DNA of 64,000 nt from Eledone cirrhosa (taxonomy: Eukaryota): positions 75,392,001 to 75,456,000 of the forward strand of contig OZ024742.1 in NCBI GenBank assembly GCA_964016885.1, written 5' to 3'. A program made the translations under genes and the position numbers. The notes under the pieces are model-generated. The model was given only the letters and a program-made list of their open reading frames with translations. It was not told where the DNA came from and ran no database searches. Of the stretch, positions 1-13,924 are shown one piece after another (within the stretch, counting starts at the first letter, position 1; each line of letters opens with the position of its first letter).

Positions 1-33
1 ATCCTTTCTCACTTACCCCGTTTCTCATCTAAA

Positions 34-3000
34 ATGGCCGTACTTAGAATAATCAGTATACATGTACGTGGCCTGGGGTCATCTTGGAAGCAGGGTCACC
101 TGCTCGACTGCAGGTCACTAAACATAGATGTGGTGGCCATCAGCGAAACCAGAATCTCCGAAGCACGAGCCTTCACATCGATCTTCGGCGGCTACGATGT
201 ATACACATCCACTAGCCGTCCAGGATAGGGGGGAAGGGTTGCCGTGTTTTTCAGAGAGGCTTTGATCTCGCCATACGGGCCATCTTCCTGGAACCAGAAG
301 GTAAGACGGTGGCGGCGGACGTGACCGGCAGCGATCAATGCTTTCAGGCTAGTAGCTGTCTACGCGCCAGCAGCGGTAGGACGGCCAGATTTTTTCAGAC
401 GTCTAGAGACCTTTCTTGGAACGTCCCGCTCTTTAGTGCTAGTGGGCGACTGGAACGATATCTTAGATGCACGCTGGGATTATGTGGGGCTAGTAGACAG
501 GGCAGGAGGATGTAAAAACCTCAACAACCTGCTGAGACGTTTTGAACTCTCTGACAGGTATAGACTGGATTATCCGAATGTGCCAATGTGTACATGGGCA
601 AACCGCATCGGGTCATCCACATCGTATTTAGATAGGGTATTCTGTAGGGAATCAGATAAGGTTAGTTTAGGTTGTCCACAATTTAAAGTAGTCGACTACA
701 CGGACCACAAATTTGTGATATGTGAAGTTGACTTAGATAGACTCCATAGACAAGGGCCCGGCTACTGGAAGCTGAACGCGTCATTCCCGGCGCACAAAGC
801 TTACAGATATCGGATTAGCCAATTAGTTAAGCGTGCGTTGATGGGTGCGATCGTCAACAACAGGTTGTGTTTTACCCTGAAAAGGGCTATTAGAGTAGAA
901 TCGATAAGGTTTAGCAAAGGAGTAGTGATAGAGGAAAATAGAGTAGAGGGAGAGTTAGTTAGAAAGCTTGAAGAGGCGTTTAGGACAGGCATCGCAACCG
1001 ACGTGCGCGGTGAGATTGGCACTCGACCAATTCTTCAAAGCAAAGTACAAATCCTGCGTTGTCAGAGCTAGAGTGCGTGCTCTAAGACATGAGGGGACGA
1101 AAGCCGTTCAATAGGCCCGGGTGCTTGAGGCGCGACGTGGCAACAAGTCCACAATTCGGTATTTGCCTGATCAAAATGGGCGTATGTTGCTCGAACCCGA
1201 GCAGATGTGTTGAATTTCAACAGCACTTTACTCAATTGTTCTGGAGCGGCGGCGGGCGGGATCAGAGTATGGACTTCGGTGCATACCTCGACGGACAGCC
1301 GGGGCTCTAGACGACTGCAGCGCAGTGCTGCGAAAAGCCGCTAACAGCAGGTGAAATACGGGGCGGGATGTCTGACTGCACGAGGCGTAAATCGCCAGGT
1401 TTGGATGGTCTGCTTTACCAGCTTTATGCGTATATGCCAGACTTGTTCGGCGACCTCTTGGCATATGTCTACTGCAACTGGCAGCAGAACGGGAGCATTC
1501 CGAGTTTTGTGAGCCTGGGAGCTGTGGCGCTGCTGAGAAAAGACCCGAACAAGGGGGACGTTATAGACAACCTCAGTCCCATAACTGTGCTAAACGCAGA
1601 GTTTAAGATTTTGTCCAAGGTGTTAGCAACGAGGTTGGCGCTAGTCGTCGGTTATCTGGTGGGAGAGGCGCAAACATGCACCATTCCGGACAGTTCCATC
1701 AACGACAACCTCCATCTCATGCGATGTGATACATCATAGAGAGGATGGTTAAGGAACCAGGCACGGGTGGGGCCATGATCAACTTGGATCAATCTAAAGC
1801 ATTTGATAGCGTCGGCCATTTGTACCTGGCTGTGGCCCTCGAGGCGGCCGGCTTCGGGCCCGTTTTTAGGGTATATATCACTGCGATGCACAGCGACATT
1901 TGCTCGATTGTGAGGGTGAATGGTCATCTGTTGCAGCCTTTCAGCATTATGCGCTCGGTCCGACAGGTTTGCCCCCTCTCGTTCCTCTTGTACGTACTGG
2001 CCCTCGAGCCGTTACTGCACAAATTAGAGACGATGAGGGGGACCCACGCAAACTGGGATGCGGGAAATCCGAGTCAGCTTACACCGACGACGTCACCGTG
2101 GTGGTGTCGAGCACCAAACACGTTCAGATCCTCGGCACCGCACTCAAGGATTACGAAGCGGCGACAGGAGTAAAGATACACGAGAAAACGTCGGTGGGCT
2201 TGCAGCTCGGCACCTGGAGAGGCAAGTCCATGCCGTCCGACAGCGTCGTGGAGCGCTGGACGGAAGGATCGGTTAAATTGCTCGAGGTCTGGTTCGGTCC
2301 GGACATCCAGATGGAGAAAAACTGGAGCGAGGTGACGAGCAGGCTAGCCTCTCTCACTCAGAAATGGTCTCTGAAATGTCGGGCGGAGGTGACAAATGCG
2401 TACATAGCGTCCGTCATCTGCTACCGCCTGACCGTCGTACCTGCTCCCGCCTAACTCTGACCAAAATGGAGCTCCTTCTCTTCCGATTTTTGTGGAAGGG
2501 AGTGTTCCCATGGACAGCCGATCTATTTGCTCTCAACACCCGTTGCGTGGAGGACTAGGCATGCCGTGGTTGATGATGCGCAAACATGCGCTGAGGCTGC
2601 GACATCTCTGGTGCTTCCTTGACGGTGAACAGGTGTAGTCGCCATTTGCCAGACGCGCTTTTCCCCAGCTCGTCTCCTTGACAGAGCTGCAGTCCTGGAT
2701 CAGGAAAAGACCGAGGGATAGTGCTTGGAAGCTGGAATGTCTCCAGCTGGGCACTAGTATCGGTGGAACATCTACCTCGGCGTTCTATAGAGGGTTAGTG
2801 GAGGGAAAGAGCGACGAAGTTCTCGTGGAGACCCTGGGCGTCGAAGACGGGGACCTATGGACAATTTCCAAAAGTTACTGGCCTTGCAGTTCTACCGGGG
2901 AGCGTTGCCGGTTGGGGATAAGTTCTACAGGCACGGAGGTGCTGTCAACCGAGCCTGTCTGAGATGCGCGTACAGTGCCCGAGGATTGCTGACTTGTGGA

Positions 3001-3598
3001 GCTATGTCGAACAGCTGCTGTTGCGTGTAGGACGAATCCGGTTATCAACTGAGTCCATTGTGCAGATAGCCCCGTCATTCTCCTTTAAAGAGGAGGAAGG
3101 GCAGGTAGTTTTCACCTGCCTGGTGGCCATGGCGAAAGAGATTGTGTGATGGAGAAGGTTGAAAGGGTTGAAGACGAACACTTTCCTCTCCGGCCAATCC
3201 CTGATGAACTTTTTCAAATTTCACTTGAAGAGGAAAATCAGGGTGCAGAGGCATGTGCTGTCTTCTAGTAAGTTTGTTGAAAGGTGGGTGAAAGTGGCGA
3301 GTCTGGTCCGAGTGAACGAGCCCGATCTGAGTAAACGCCAGTAGACTGAGGAGTGGGAAAATGTGAGAGTGGGCGCTTGCCCTGGTGGTCAGGGTGGACG
3401 TGTTCTTTTCTGTGGTTTTCACCTTCGGAGGTTTCCCCCTTCTTGGGGAATTTTTGTTGTTTGAATTGTTTTGGATTTCTAGCCCGATTTTGTTATAACC
3501 TGTTTACACGACCAAAACCCACTTTCTATCGTCCTGTACTGTTCTGTGCCGTCTCTAATGTTTTCTTTCGTGCCAGCTCTTGTGGCCAATAAAGAAAC

Positions 3599-3600
<2 letters not shown>
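34..3600 (+). mobile_element. Tx1/L1-clade non-LTR retrotransposon ORF2 (APE endonuclease, RT, C-terminal Cys region) with frameshifts and stops, plus 3' UTR
   Basis: APE motifs IISIHVRGL, DVVAISET, LVGDWN, YLDR, TDH and PGYWKLNAS. RT motifs KSPGLDG, PITVLNAEFKILSKVLATRL, LDQSKAFD, SVRQVCPLSFLLYVLALEPL and YTDD. AATAAA at 3588-3593. Confidence 0.93.

Positions 3601-3652
<52 letters not shown>
3601..3652 (+). repeat. (TTA)n tail of the LINE
   Basis: Pure TTA array directly after the LINE 3' end. Confidence 0.9.
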
Positions 3653-3653
<1 letters not shown>

Positions 3654-3731
3654 TGGGGTCGATTTAATCGACTTTCCCCTCCCCTTCAAATTGCTGGCCT
3701 TGTGCCTAAAGTAGAAACAATTATTATTATT
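3654..3731 (+). mobile_element. SINE 3' fragment
   Basis: tggggtcgatttaatcgac...ttgctggccttgtgcctaaagtagaaacaattattatt. The same tail occurs reverse-complemented at ~40971-41010 and ~60676-60715. Confidence 0.7.
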
Positions 3732-6114
3732 GTTATTATCTTCTTCTTCGTCATTTTTCTTCATCCTTTGGAAATATTTCATAACAATAAACCTAATCCT
3801 ACTCTTGCCCCATCAACCTTCTTTTCATTCACTTCCCCCATCCCTTTTACACTATTTTTTACAAACTTCCCATTTCTTTTCATAAAAAATACATTCATTA
3901 ATGTGTTTTTGCCCTACACTTTTGACGTCGTAATTATCTTTTGTATTCACTGTTTCCATTTAAAAAAAATTTGTTTCACTGTTTCTTTAATAACTAGCCA
4001 GTAATATACATGTATTCGAAGCAGTGATACGTAGTCGATAGAACTACTTATGCCATTTACAGATGTATGCTGCTATAACTGTCTGTAAATATTTCAACAT
4101 TTCAATTTTAATAATGTGGTGATTGAGTAGATATATTAGATTGTCTGACTAAATGATTTATATATGAATTAATTATCGTTCCCCTCTGTTTATGGGAAGA
4201 CTTTTTAAATAATCAAAAACATCATACTCGGTGCCGTGATGATGAGACGAGTGTAGCGTATATATAATGGACTGATACAGAGCAACAGTTTAAAGAAATT
4301 TGATGCCGAAACTAAACGGCTTCTATAGTGGCTAGGATGTTTGTCTGTAAAGAAACCGCAGAATATCTATCTATCTATCTATATATATATCTATCTCGAT
4401 ATCTGTCAGTCTACCTCTCTAACTGTCTAGCGGTCTACGTGTCTAACTGTCTGTCTGTCTCACTATCAGAACAAGGGAGACAAAAATGATTGCAAGAATT
4501 ATAGCCATTCACAAGCTTTGCACTACTCGTAAAATGAATGTCTGTCCGATGTAAACAAGATCCTCTTAAATAGATTAGAACAAAGGAAGCGAATTGGTCT
4601 CAACAGAGAACCTAAATCGAGGTGATGCGTCAACCTTCTTGACATTGTTGATGTATTGAACAACATTTTCTCTTCACATTTGTCACCTTTATAACTCTAT
4701 TACCACAACTGAAATCCTCTTTTGCAATATATCTGATTGATTAGAGCCGAGCTGACATTAAGAAAAACATAAACCTTTAAATCAAAATACATGTCAATTT
4801 TTTTCTGTAAATACGTGAGAAAACCTTGGACGTGTTTTCGGTCCTTTTTTGAACTTATCAATAATTATAGTAGTAATCCTATTTAATTTACAAAACTGTA
4901 CACTGATTATCTTAGAGAAATAAAATTATTGTAATCGACCTGAAAGATAATATAGTAAATATGCGAATCATTAAAGCGTTACCTAGAAATAATTCTGCTG
5001 TGGGGAAAAATATGAATCAATGTATATTTTCATTGTTTCGGTAAGTGTGAGAAACATCTTTAAACACCTTGGGGTCGCATTCTGAAAAAGGAGCTAAAAT
5101 TCATACGGAAGACGAAGACATTTTTAGAAGTTATTTTATTATATACAAAACGGGGATTGCCTGCACAAGAATATGCATGTACTAGTGTGATGTATTAAAG
5201 CACTTTTTTTAAAATATACAGGCATTTCTCTCTGCCTCAGCAGAGCAGTTGAAAATGATTGGTTTATAAAAAGTCACTCAGAGACGCCATCCATAACATA
5301 TAGAAACATTTTTTTCACGAAATAGTGTGATTGATTTGTCAAATAAAAAAAATCCCAGATTGATTTCATTCTGTTGAAAGAGAAAATATCGCCAAAAAAA
5401 TAGAATCGGAATATAGGAAATCATGAATTAAATTCCTTTTCCAAGATTTTATATGTTTTTTTTCCCAAGGCACTCATCCAAAGCAATAAAATAAAAAAAA
5501 AAAGAAAGAAAATTCTTCACATAATTTTAGTAGTCGTGTTAGGACCCTTCAAAATATATTCTGGAAGTAAAAATAAGGCAACATCATGAAACAACAGAAT
5601 GCTTGGTTATACGATGAAGTAAGTTAAAATTGCCTTTGATTATTCTGATTGTTGATAAAATAGTCATCAGTACTATACCATCGATTCATTTGATTATGTT
5701 ATTCGCCCCTCCTCTGCAAATACTGGCCTTAATCATCAATATTAGAAATCAATGTTGCATATAACATCATGGGGTAGTATATTGATTTAGGCTCATATAT
5801 CCAAAGAAGGAAAAAAAGTGATAAGGAAATTAGCAATAATATATAAGAGGAGCCTCATTCCAAACGTTGAGGTCTAACTTATCGGAAATGACTGTATTAT
5901 ACACCTATTGGTTTTATATTTGGTCTAACAAAATATCTATTCATTTTACAACGTAAATTATCAGCTATATTTCAAAGGAAATCTCTATAATCAATACATA
6001 CGACACAAAGGCCTCAAATTACCGGAATATATATAGGCAATAGATCTCTTTCTCTCCTCCTCTCTCTCACCCTCTCTCCCACATATATATCTACATATCT
6101 ATATCTATATCTCG

Positions 6115-6321
<207 letters not shown>

Positions 6322-7093
6322 AATATCATATAATATACATATATATGTCTGTATATATACATATACACTCATACATACATGCATTCATACATACAGCCAT
6401 ACATATGTGGATATAATAAATGATAAGTTGGCTTAATTAGATATCGAAAAGATAGCAATATTACCCAATAATTTAAAATTTGAAGTGAACATAAAATATT
6501 TCAAAGAGATTGCTAATTTTAATAGCCATTTAAAAGAGAAAAAAGAACAAGAATCTAGCACAGACACATTCACATACATAATACACAAATGCTACTTTCA
6601 TGTGGTTTCATCAGCACCGAATAAATTGCCCATTAATTCTGAAATTGGAAGCACTAAAGTTATAGGTTTCTCTGCCCTGAGATGCTGCTCTAGTGAAATG
6701 AATCATTTAAAAAAACCGCTTTAAACGAAACATATTAAAGTCGTCAAGAGAAAACGCATCAGCCTAATTAATATAACAATTAATATTTTATGATATTAAA
6801 ATTGTATTGGATATTAAAATTATTAGACATAAATTGTAGATATTATATAAGAAGGTCGTTTATTAATAATATATATCAAGCGGAAAACAAAATATCGAAA
6901 GTGCAAAGAAAGAACAATTTTTTTAAAGAGTCTTTTTTTCAATTACCCGAATAAATATGACATTATATTGAATTTAGCTTTTAGAAAGTTTGTCATATAT
7001 ACACACATGCAAACAAATACAGACATACACACAAACGCATAACATCCATTTTCTCACTAACAAGCATGGACATACATACATGTATATGTATGC

Positions 7094-7129
<36 letters not shown>

Positions 7130-7130
7130 G

Positions 7131-7196
<66 letters not shown>

Positions 7197-8189
7197 AAAC
7201 AAATAACAAAGCAAACAACACAGTACATTGAAGAAATATATTAGTTGATGCATATATTTACAATCGATCGAGCCTTCTCTGTATGTAAGCTCTCTCTCTC
7301 ACACACACACGCACACGCACACACATGCACGGCACGCACACTCATGCAAATAAAGTCACACAAACATATACATACATATATAGAAGGGTGTGTCTCTCTA
7401 TTGCAATACACACTTTTACACCTTCATTAGTTGTCTTTCAAGCTCGTCACTGCCAATCAGCAGACCCATAGCTAATAATGTTTTTTCTCTTTTTTATTGG
7501 TTTCGGTCATTGGAGATCAGCCATGTTGGAACACCGCCTACAAGTATTTTACTCGATCTTACCGATCTCTCAAAACTTATTTCTGCTGGCAGTTATTACA
7601 TCGATTCGTGTATTTTAGAATTCGTATATATTAATAAATTAATGTGACTCAACACACCGCATTGTTTTAGACAAGTATACACAAATATCTCCCTTGCTTT
7701 ATATCTTTATATATATAATTACGATTATTAGTCGTTCGTAGTTTTGTCCTGGCACCCGATGAGAGGTCAAATTTGAAAAGGCTTCTCCACTATACAATGG
7801 TTGCCACAACTGGACCCCGAAACCTAAATTCGCGCATATATTTTAAGTGTAGGAAATTTTAAATATACTAAATAAGCTCTAAGATTGCAACAGATTGAGC
7901 ATTGTTTTCCTTAACCTTTTATCTACGGATATCCTGCATACACACACACAAGCACACACACACACGCACGCATACACACACATATATACACACAAATAAA
8001 CACGCGCGCGCTCCCACACACACGCGCACTCCCACACACACGCGCACACACACATATATATATATATATATATTATTTATTATATTTAGAGATTAAAAGT
8101 TTAGCAAAGAATCGCTGCTTTCACTCTTTTACGGGATCTTTTGCTTTTAGTCTTCAGATTTATTATTACTATATATATATATAAATATG

Positions 8190-8703
<514 letters not shown>

Positions 8704-9169
8704 AAAATATGGATGTGAGGAGTGCTGTGTGGTTACTGATAACCGGTGTTAGAAGGTAAGGAGACAAACACGCGAGGTGGACAGTCTGCCCTCGTCAGTA
8801 ATTAACAACGGATGTTTCGGTGCATTATTAGTAGCGCGCTCATAGTTTTTATCTATCAATCTATAATATTTCATTGAATGGGTACATGCTAAGAAAGATA
8901 AATTACTTTAGATATCTTGGTACATTTATAAAATGTGATGGAATTTTACAAACTGTAAATGAGTAATAACATATTTAAATGATTTTCAGGCAAGTGCAGT
9001 GCTTTCAACGTGTGGCCTTCATATACATTAATACATGATGCCAAAACTTAAACTTTATACGTCAAGAAATCATATAATATAGAGATATTGATATCACTAC
9101 ACGTTTAGAAAATTCATTAAAATGCAATCCTTAATATACTACTTTTCGCACTTCCCTTTTAGAATATTT

Positions 9170-10000
9170 CTATAAGTTACTATATAAGAAACTGTCAACA
9201 TTTGCGTATTTCCTAATGGTTGCTATGATGGTATTCTGATGAGAATTCAAAAGTCTCGAAAGACGATTCTAGATATTTATCATATAATCAATTTACCGAG
9301 AAGTACGTTAAATTTGAGATGTTTTCATATCTAGATATTCAATGTGTAGATTTAAATACATGGTTACATAAGCTTGGACAGCTCTTATATATCTATAAAC
9401 TGATATAAATTTATCGCATATGTATCAGATGCTTAGGGTACAATTTAATATATATAAAAATTAACTATTAACAAAAACACAAAACAAAACAAACTGTTAA
9501 CTATTATGCAAATTAGTACGTTCAGAGACTACTATAAGTTGTTGGGTATACAAGTGCTTCAGTTTCGTACATCCTTGTGATTGCTTAAATAATATACATA
9601 TCGTCTGATGAGCACCCCAAAAGGTTCTAAAATCGATTGAAGGCATCGTTTACTTCATTTTACAGCATGTTTATATGTCTACATACTCTATGTGTAAATA
9701 TATATACATATTTAGGCTGTCTCGAGAATCTCTGAAATCTATATACAGGTATAAATTATTGTATACTTTGATTCCTGAGCGCACAGCTTAATATTTATAT
9801 ATTTACATATATATATATATATAAACTACCGACCTGAGCTCTAATAATATGTAAATTAGTATGTTCATTTCCAGAGCCTACTGTAAGTGACAAGGTATAT
9901 AAGTCCCTTTCTTTCGTATTCCCCTATAGCTATATAGATTATATACATATCTTCTGATGAGGGTCTCAAAAATTTCGAAAATCGATTCCAGATATGCATT
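9170..10000 (+). repeat. Diverged ~350-370 bp tandem repeat (3 units), each with an HHR-like core
   Basis: CTGATGA at 9236, 9605 and 9954. Units 2 and 3 share tatg(c/t)aaattagta(c/t)gttca and atatacatatc. A homolog lies on the minus strand at ~24226-24385. Confidence 0.65.
9946..9996 (+). ncRNA. Type I hammerhead ribozyme motif
   Basis: catatct-t-CTGATGA-gggtctcaaaaatttc-GAAA-atcgat-TC-c-agatatg. Stem I 7 bp, palindromic stem III, weak stem II. Confidence 0.7.
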
Positions 10001-10210
10001 ATTTTTTTCTAGTAACATAGAAGTACGAAGAGATCTGACATATTTAATATTTATATACAACATCTGTAAATGCAAATACACGTTTACACAGCTTCACGCC
10101 ATTTTGGATTATCGACTTTTCCACACACGGCAATGGTCAAACTGCAGGTCTAGGAGCGAATGGTTGTGCAATATTTTATGCAGTGGGATCGAACACACGC
10201 ATACACAAGC

Positions 10211-10242
<32 letters not shown>

Positions 10243-10259
10243 TATATACATATATATAG

Positions 10260-10341
10260 GACTAGAATTGTTTCATTCGTGAGAAATCATCAGGGAAACC
10301 CTGATGATTTTTACAAATGAACCAGTTCTAGTCCTGTAGAA
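10260..10341. repeat. ~75-bp palindrome of two back-to-back HHR-like motifs
   Basis: gactagaattgtttcattcgtgagaaatcatcaggg-aaa-ccctgatgatttttacaaatgaaccagttctagtc-ctgtagaag. Same family at 21225-21294 and 47790-47885. Confidence 0.7.
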
Positions 10342-10399
10342 GCTCTTCTATATTAAAAAAATATATATATATAATCTTCACAGTATATAACCACAGCAC

Positions 10400-11897
10400 C
10401 ACTATGTTGGAGGGAATGAGGAGGCGTATTCGCCATTTCGTAAGAACCTGGGGCTCAGTATCGAAATAGACCCAAATAGAAAGGTACTTAACTTCCTAGA
10501 CACCATCCTAAACCTGAACACCGAGCAATACTACCCCAACCACAAGCCCAATGAGAAACTTGTGTATGTTAACGCCAAGTCAAACCACCCTAGATCCATA
10601 ACCAAGGCCGTTGTGAAGAGTGTCTCGGACAGGATCTCCAGCCTGTCCGCAAGTAAGGAAATATTCGATAGCAACGCGGAATATTACAACACAGCTCTAA
10701 ATAAGGCGGCACGTGGTCAAAATATAACATATAGTCCGAGACGCCGGGATGGGGATGGTTCAACGGACACCCACACCCGTGTTGTCCTGGAGGGGCGAAC
10801 CCTAACAATACAGGCAGAACAGAAACAAATAAGCATCATGAGCCCGACACCACCACACGGGCGATGGTGACGAGTTCGCTTAACCATGTGAAGAAACCCA
10901 GTCTCAGGGGTGATAACCACCCCGGCCCCGACGACCCCAACCGCAGGACACGTGTGTGGGGGGAGGGGGAGCGGGGGACCACCCCACAGTGAATCTCCCA
11001 GCGTGGGCAACGACCACCCCACAGATTCGGGCCGTGAAGATAGCAAAATGCATAGCGCCCAAAGGGGAAACAACAATGCGGGAACCACCAGCAACCCAAC
11101 AACTCTCCAACAACTCACGGCGCCCCCAACCCACCCATACAGGAGTAGACGCAGAAAAATCACGTGGTACAACCCACCCTACTCAGCGGCCCTAAAGAAC
11201 AGCTTGGCTCGATCATTCTTTGGAGCACTTGATAAATGCTTCCCGAGGGACCATAGATACCACAAGATCTTCAACAGACACAATGTGAAGCTCTCCTATT
11301 CCACCACGAGCAATCTGTCCCAACACATAGCTAGCATCAACAGGAGTAGGCTTAAAAACCACACACAACCAGAAGATGGCAATATAAGCACCCAGCAGAA
11401 CCATGTGGAAGGAGGGAACGGTGGACCCAGTGCCCACCCCAAAAACTAAAACAGACCCGGGGACACCCCACCGTGCCCGGGAGAAGACCACCATGTAACA
11501 CGTAACGGGAACCCCACACTAGGCACTCAGAGGTCGCCCAACCTCTGCAACTGTAGAAACCCCAAATAATGCCCCCTTAGTAATGAATGCCTTAAGAAGA
11601 ACCTGAGCACCTCTACATGGGAGCCACATCAACGAGCTTTAAAGACCGTTGGTTAACCACCGCCATTCCTTCAATAAGGAGGCCAAAAGGAAAAGTACGG
11701 CTCTCTCCGACCTGATTTGGAAGCTTAAGCTGGACAGGACCCCGTACTCTATCGCCTTGTCCATAATCAGGAAAGTACCACCCGATAAAGGGGGATATGG
11801 CATATGCAAATTATGTCTGAACGAGACCCTCGAGATACTAAGAGGTGGAAGCCGCCTGATAAATCTCAGAAGCGACTTCTTCGGGACATGCAGACAC
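10400..11897 (+). mobile_element. Penelope-like element (Naiad-like), 5'-truncated: RT C-terminus, linker and partly deleted GIY-YIG endonuclease
   Basis: FLDTILNL, YVNAKSNHP, RRRKITWYNPPYS, YHKIFNRHNVKLSYS, CNCR..CPL..C, STALSDLIWKLK, CKLCLNE, CRH. Confidence 0.88.
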
Positions 11898-12180
11898 CAC
11901 TTGGAGTTGTCGAGAAATAGAACTGTCTTCCTGGCGTGGATAATGATATTTCTTTCCTGGTCAGTGATGGGTGTGAGTGTTTCGGCAAAGTCCAAGGCAG
12001 CCGTAAGGAGCGGTAAGGTAATAGATGCATAGTAACACTCTATCTCAAACCGGTTGAATTTTATTACTCGTTTGTCCTCCATATTCCTGAACCATGAGAT
12101 TACTTCCTGGGTGCTGTCCCATAGGCTAAGTCTCACGTTTTGCTTAACTTTTGGTATAACTCAGTCTAGGATCTTTTTAC
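11898..12180 (-). mobile_element. Inverted PLE RT fragment joined to the preceding copy
   Basis: LWDSTQEVISWF...FEIECYYASIT...IIIHARKTVLF (RT motif A region) on the opposite strand. Confidence 0.8.
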
Positions 12181-12184
12181 TATG

Positions 12185-12251
<67 letters not shown>

Positions 12252-12847
12252 TTATATAAACATATATATATATGTATAACCAGACAATGAAGAAAATAGC
12301 CAATAACAGACTACAGTTCTGATCCAGTGACATGCTGCACGCTACGTCTGTGAGTATGTACACCTGCATTTGTTTGCGTTTTGTATCTATTTGTCTGAAT
12401 TCATTGTTTAATCTTTTTCAATGTAACTATAGAAACAAGTATTAAAGAAGCAGTGAAATGCTCTCTGTTTACTACCTTTAGCAGGTAACAATAATATAAT
12501 ACAATAATAGAGTCAGTTACATATTGTACACATTAAACATTAGTGAGGATGTATATTAATTTAATTTTCATTCACAAGCAAACATGAAATATTATATTCA
12601 TTTATCATGTGACTATGTATGCACATACACGTGCACACACACACAAACACACGAGTGTGTATTTGTGTGTGCGTGTGGGGATGTGCTTATAGTTGTTCTT
12701 TCAATTCAATATACAGGCTATATATATAAAGAGGATAACCGGCTTTAATCTACTGAATGTAGATAATATTTCAACGTGGTAAACACCATCACTGTCAAAA
12801 TGAAGGACAAATGTATTGTTAGTTTAAACAACCATCACTGTAATGTA

Positions 12848-12914
<67 letters not shown>

Positions 12915-13130
12915 TTAATAATAATAAATGTGAAGACTAAGATCCTGTTAAGGGTGAAAGCAGCGATTCTTTGCAACTTTAATCTGTTATTTTAATATAT
13001 ATATATTCAGAGCAGAGTATAATAATATGGAAAACGAAGAATCAGTGATGCATCGAAACAGAATTTATTAACGAATTGCAAATGTTTCTCCGACGAACAG
13101 CTGGATCGAACCTGACTCTGGATACGCAAG

Positions 13131-13193
<63 letters not shown>

Positions 13194-13578
13194 CATACAT
13201 ACATATACATATATATATATTATATGAATAAGATGATCTCAACATAAATATATCTAAAGTTTCAAAATTTAACCAGCACAGAATGTAGACATTCTGTATC
13301 TGTTAGTTTAGCTATCTTCAGGTTTGTCTAAATAATTGAACTAACAGATATAGAATGTTTATATCCTATGCCAGGTGATGCTATTAAGTTAGCCATTGCC
13401 TGGGCCAATGCTGACCGAAATCTATCAAGGTTATCAAAGTTATGATGGTTAACGTTTGAAACAATAGGTAACATGCATATATGTTGTGATCTTATTTATG
13501 TAATATATTATATTTCTGCTCTGTACATTACACAGAGCACTTTTTCCGTGACATATTCTTCGGAATCTTAGCTCTATG

Positions 13579-13629
<51 letters not shown>

Positions 13630-13884
13630 GTATATATATTTTGTATATATATATATATATACATACAGTATTTACGTATCGAGAGAGAGAGAAAAAAGGG
13701 GAAGATAGGTAATACATATAGTTATTTGCCAAGTAGCGTATGCCAAAGGTGCTCGATAATAGTGCCCGCAGTATTAAATATTCGAAGTGTTAATATTTAG
13801 TGGGCTAGAGAATTAGCAGAGCGTAAGCATGTGGGAAAGTAAGAAATCGGAGAATAGACCGTTAAAACATGTTTATTTAAAACA

Positions 13885-13924
13885 GCACCTACGTACGTTT
13901 CGCCCAGTTGGGCTTCTCAAGGGC
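13885..13924 (-). ncRNA. Type I HHR motif, U3-A8 core variant
   Basis: gccc-TTGAGAA-gccc-aact-gggc-GAAA-c-gtac-g-TA-ggtgc. Confidence 0.75.

Noticed and set aside
4233-4320. HHR-like gccgt..atgatga..gaaac..acggc
   Set aside because: The core is mutated and there is no room for stem III or a cleavage triplet.
6600-6660. Possible terminal exon on the minus strand (ttccaatttcag then ELMGNLFGADETT*)
   Set aside because: Too short, weak acceptor, no recognisable protein and no partner exons.
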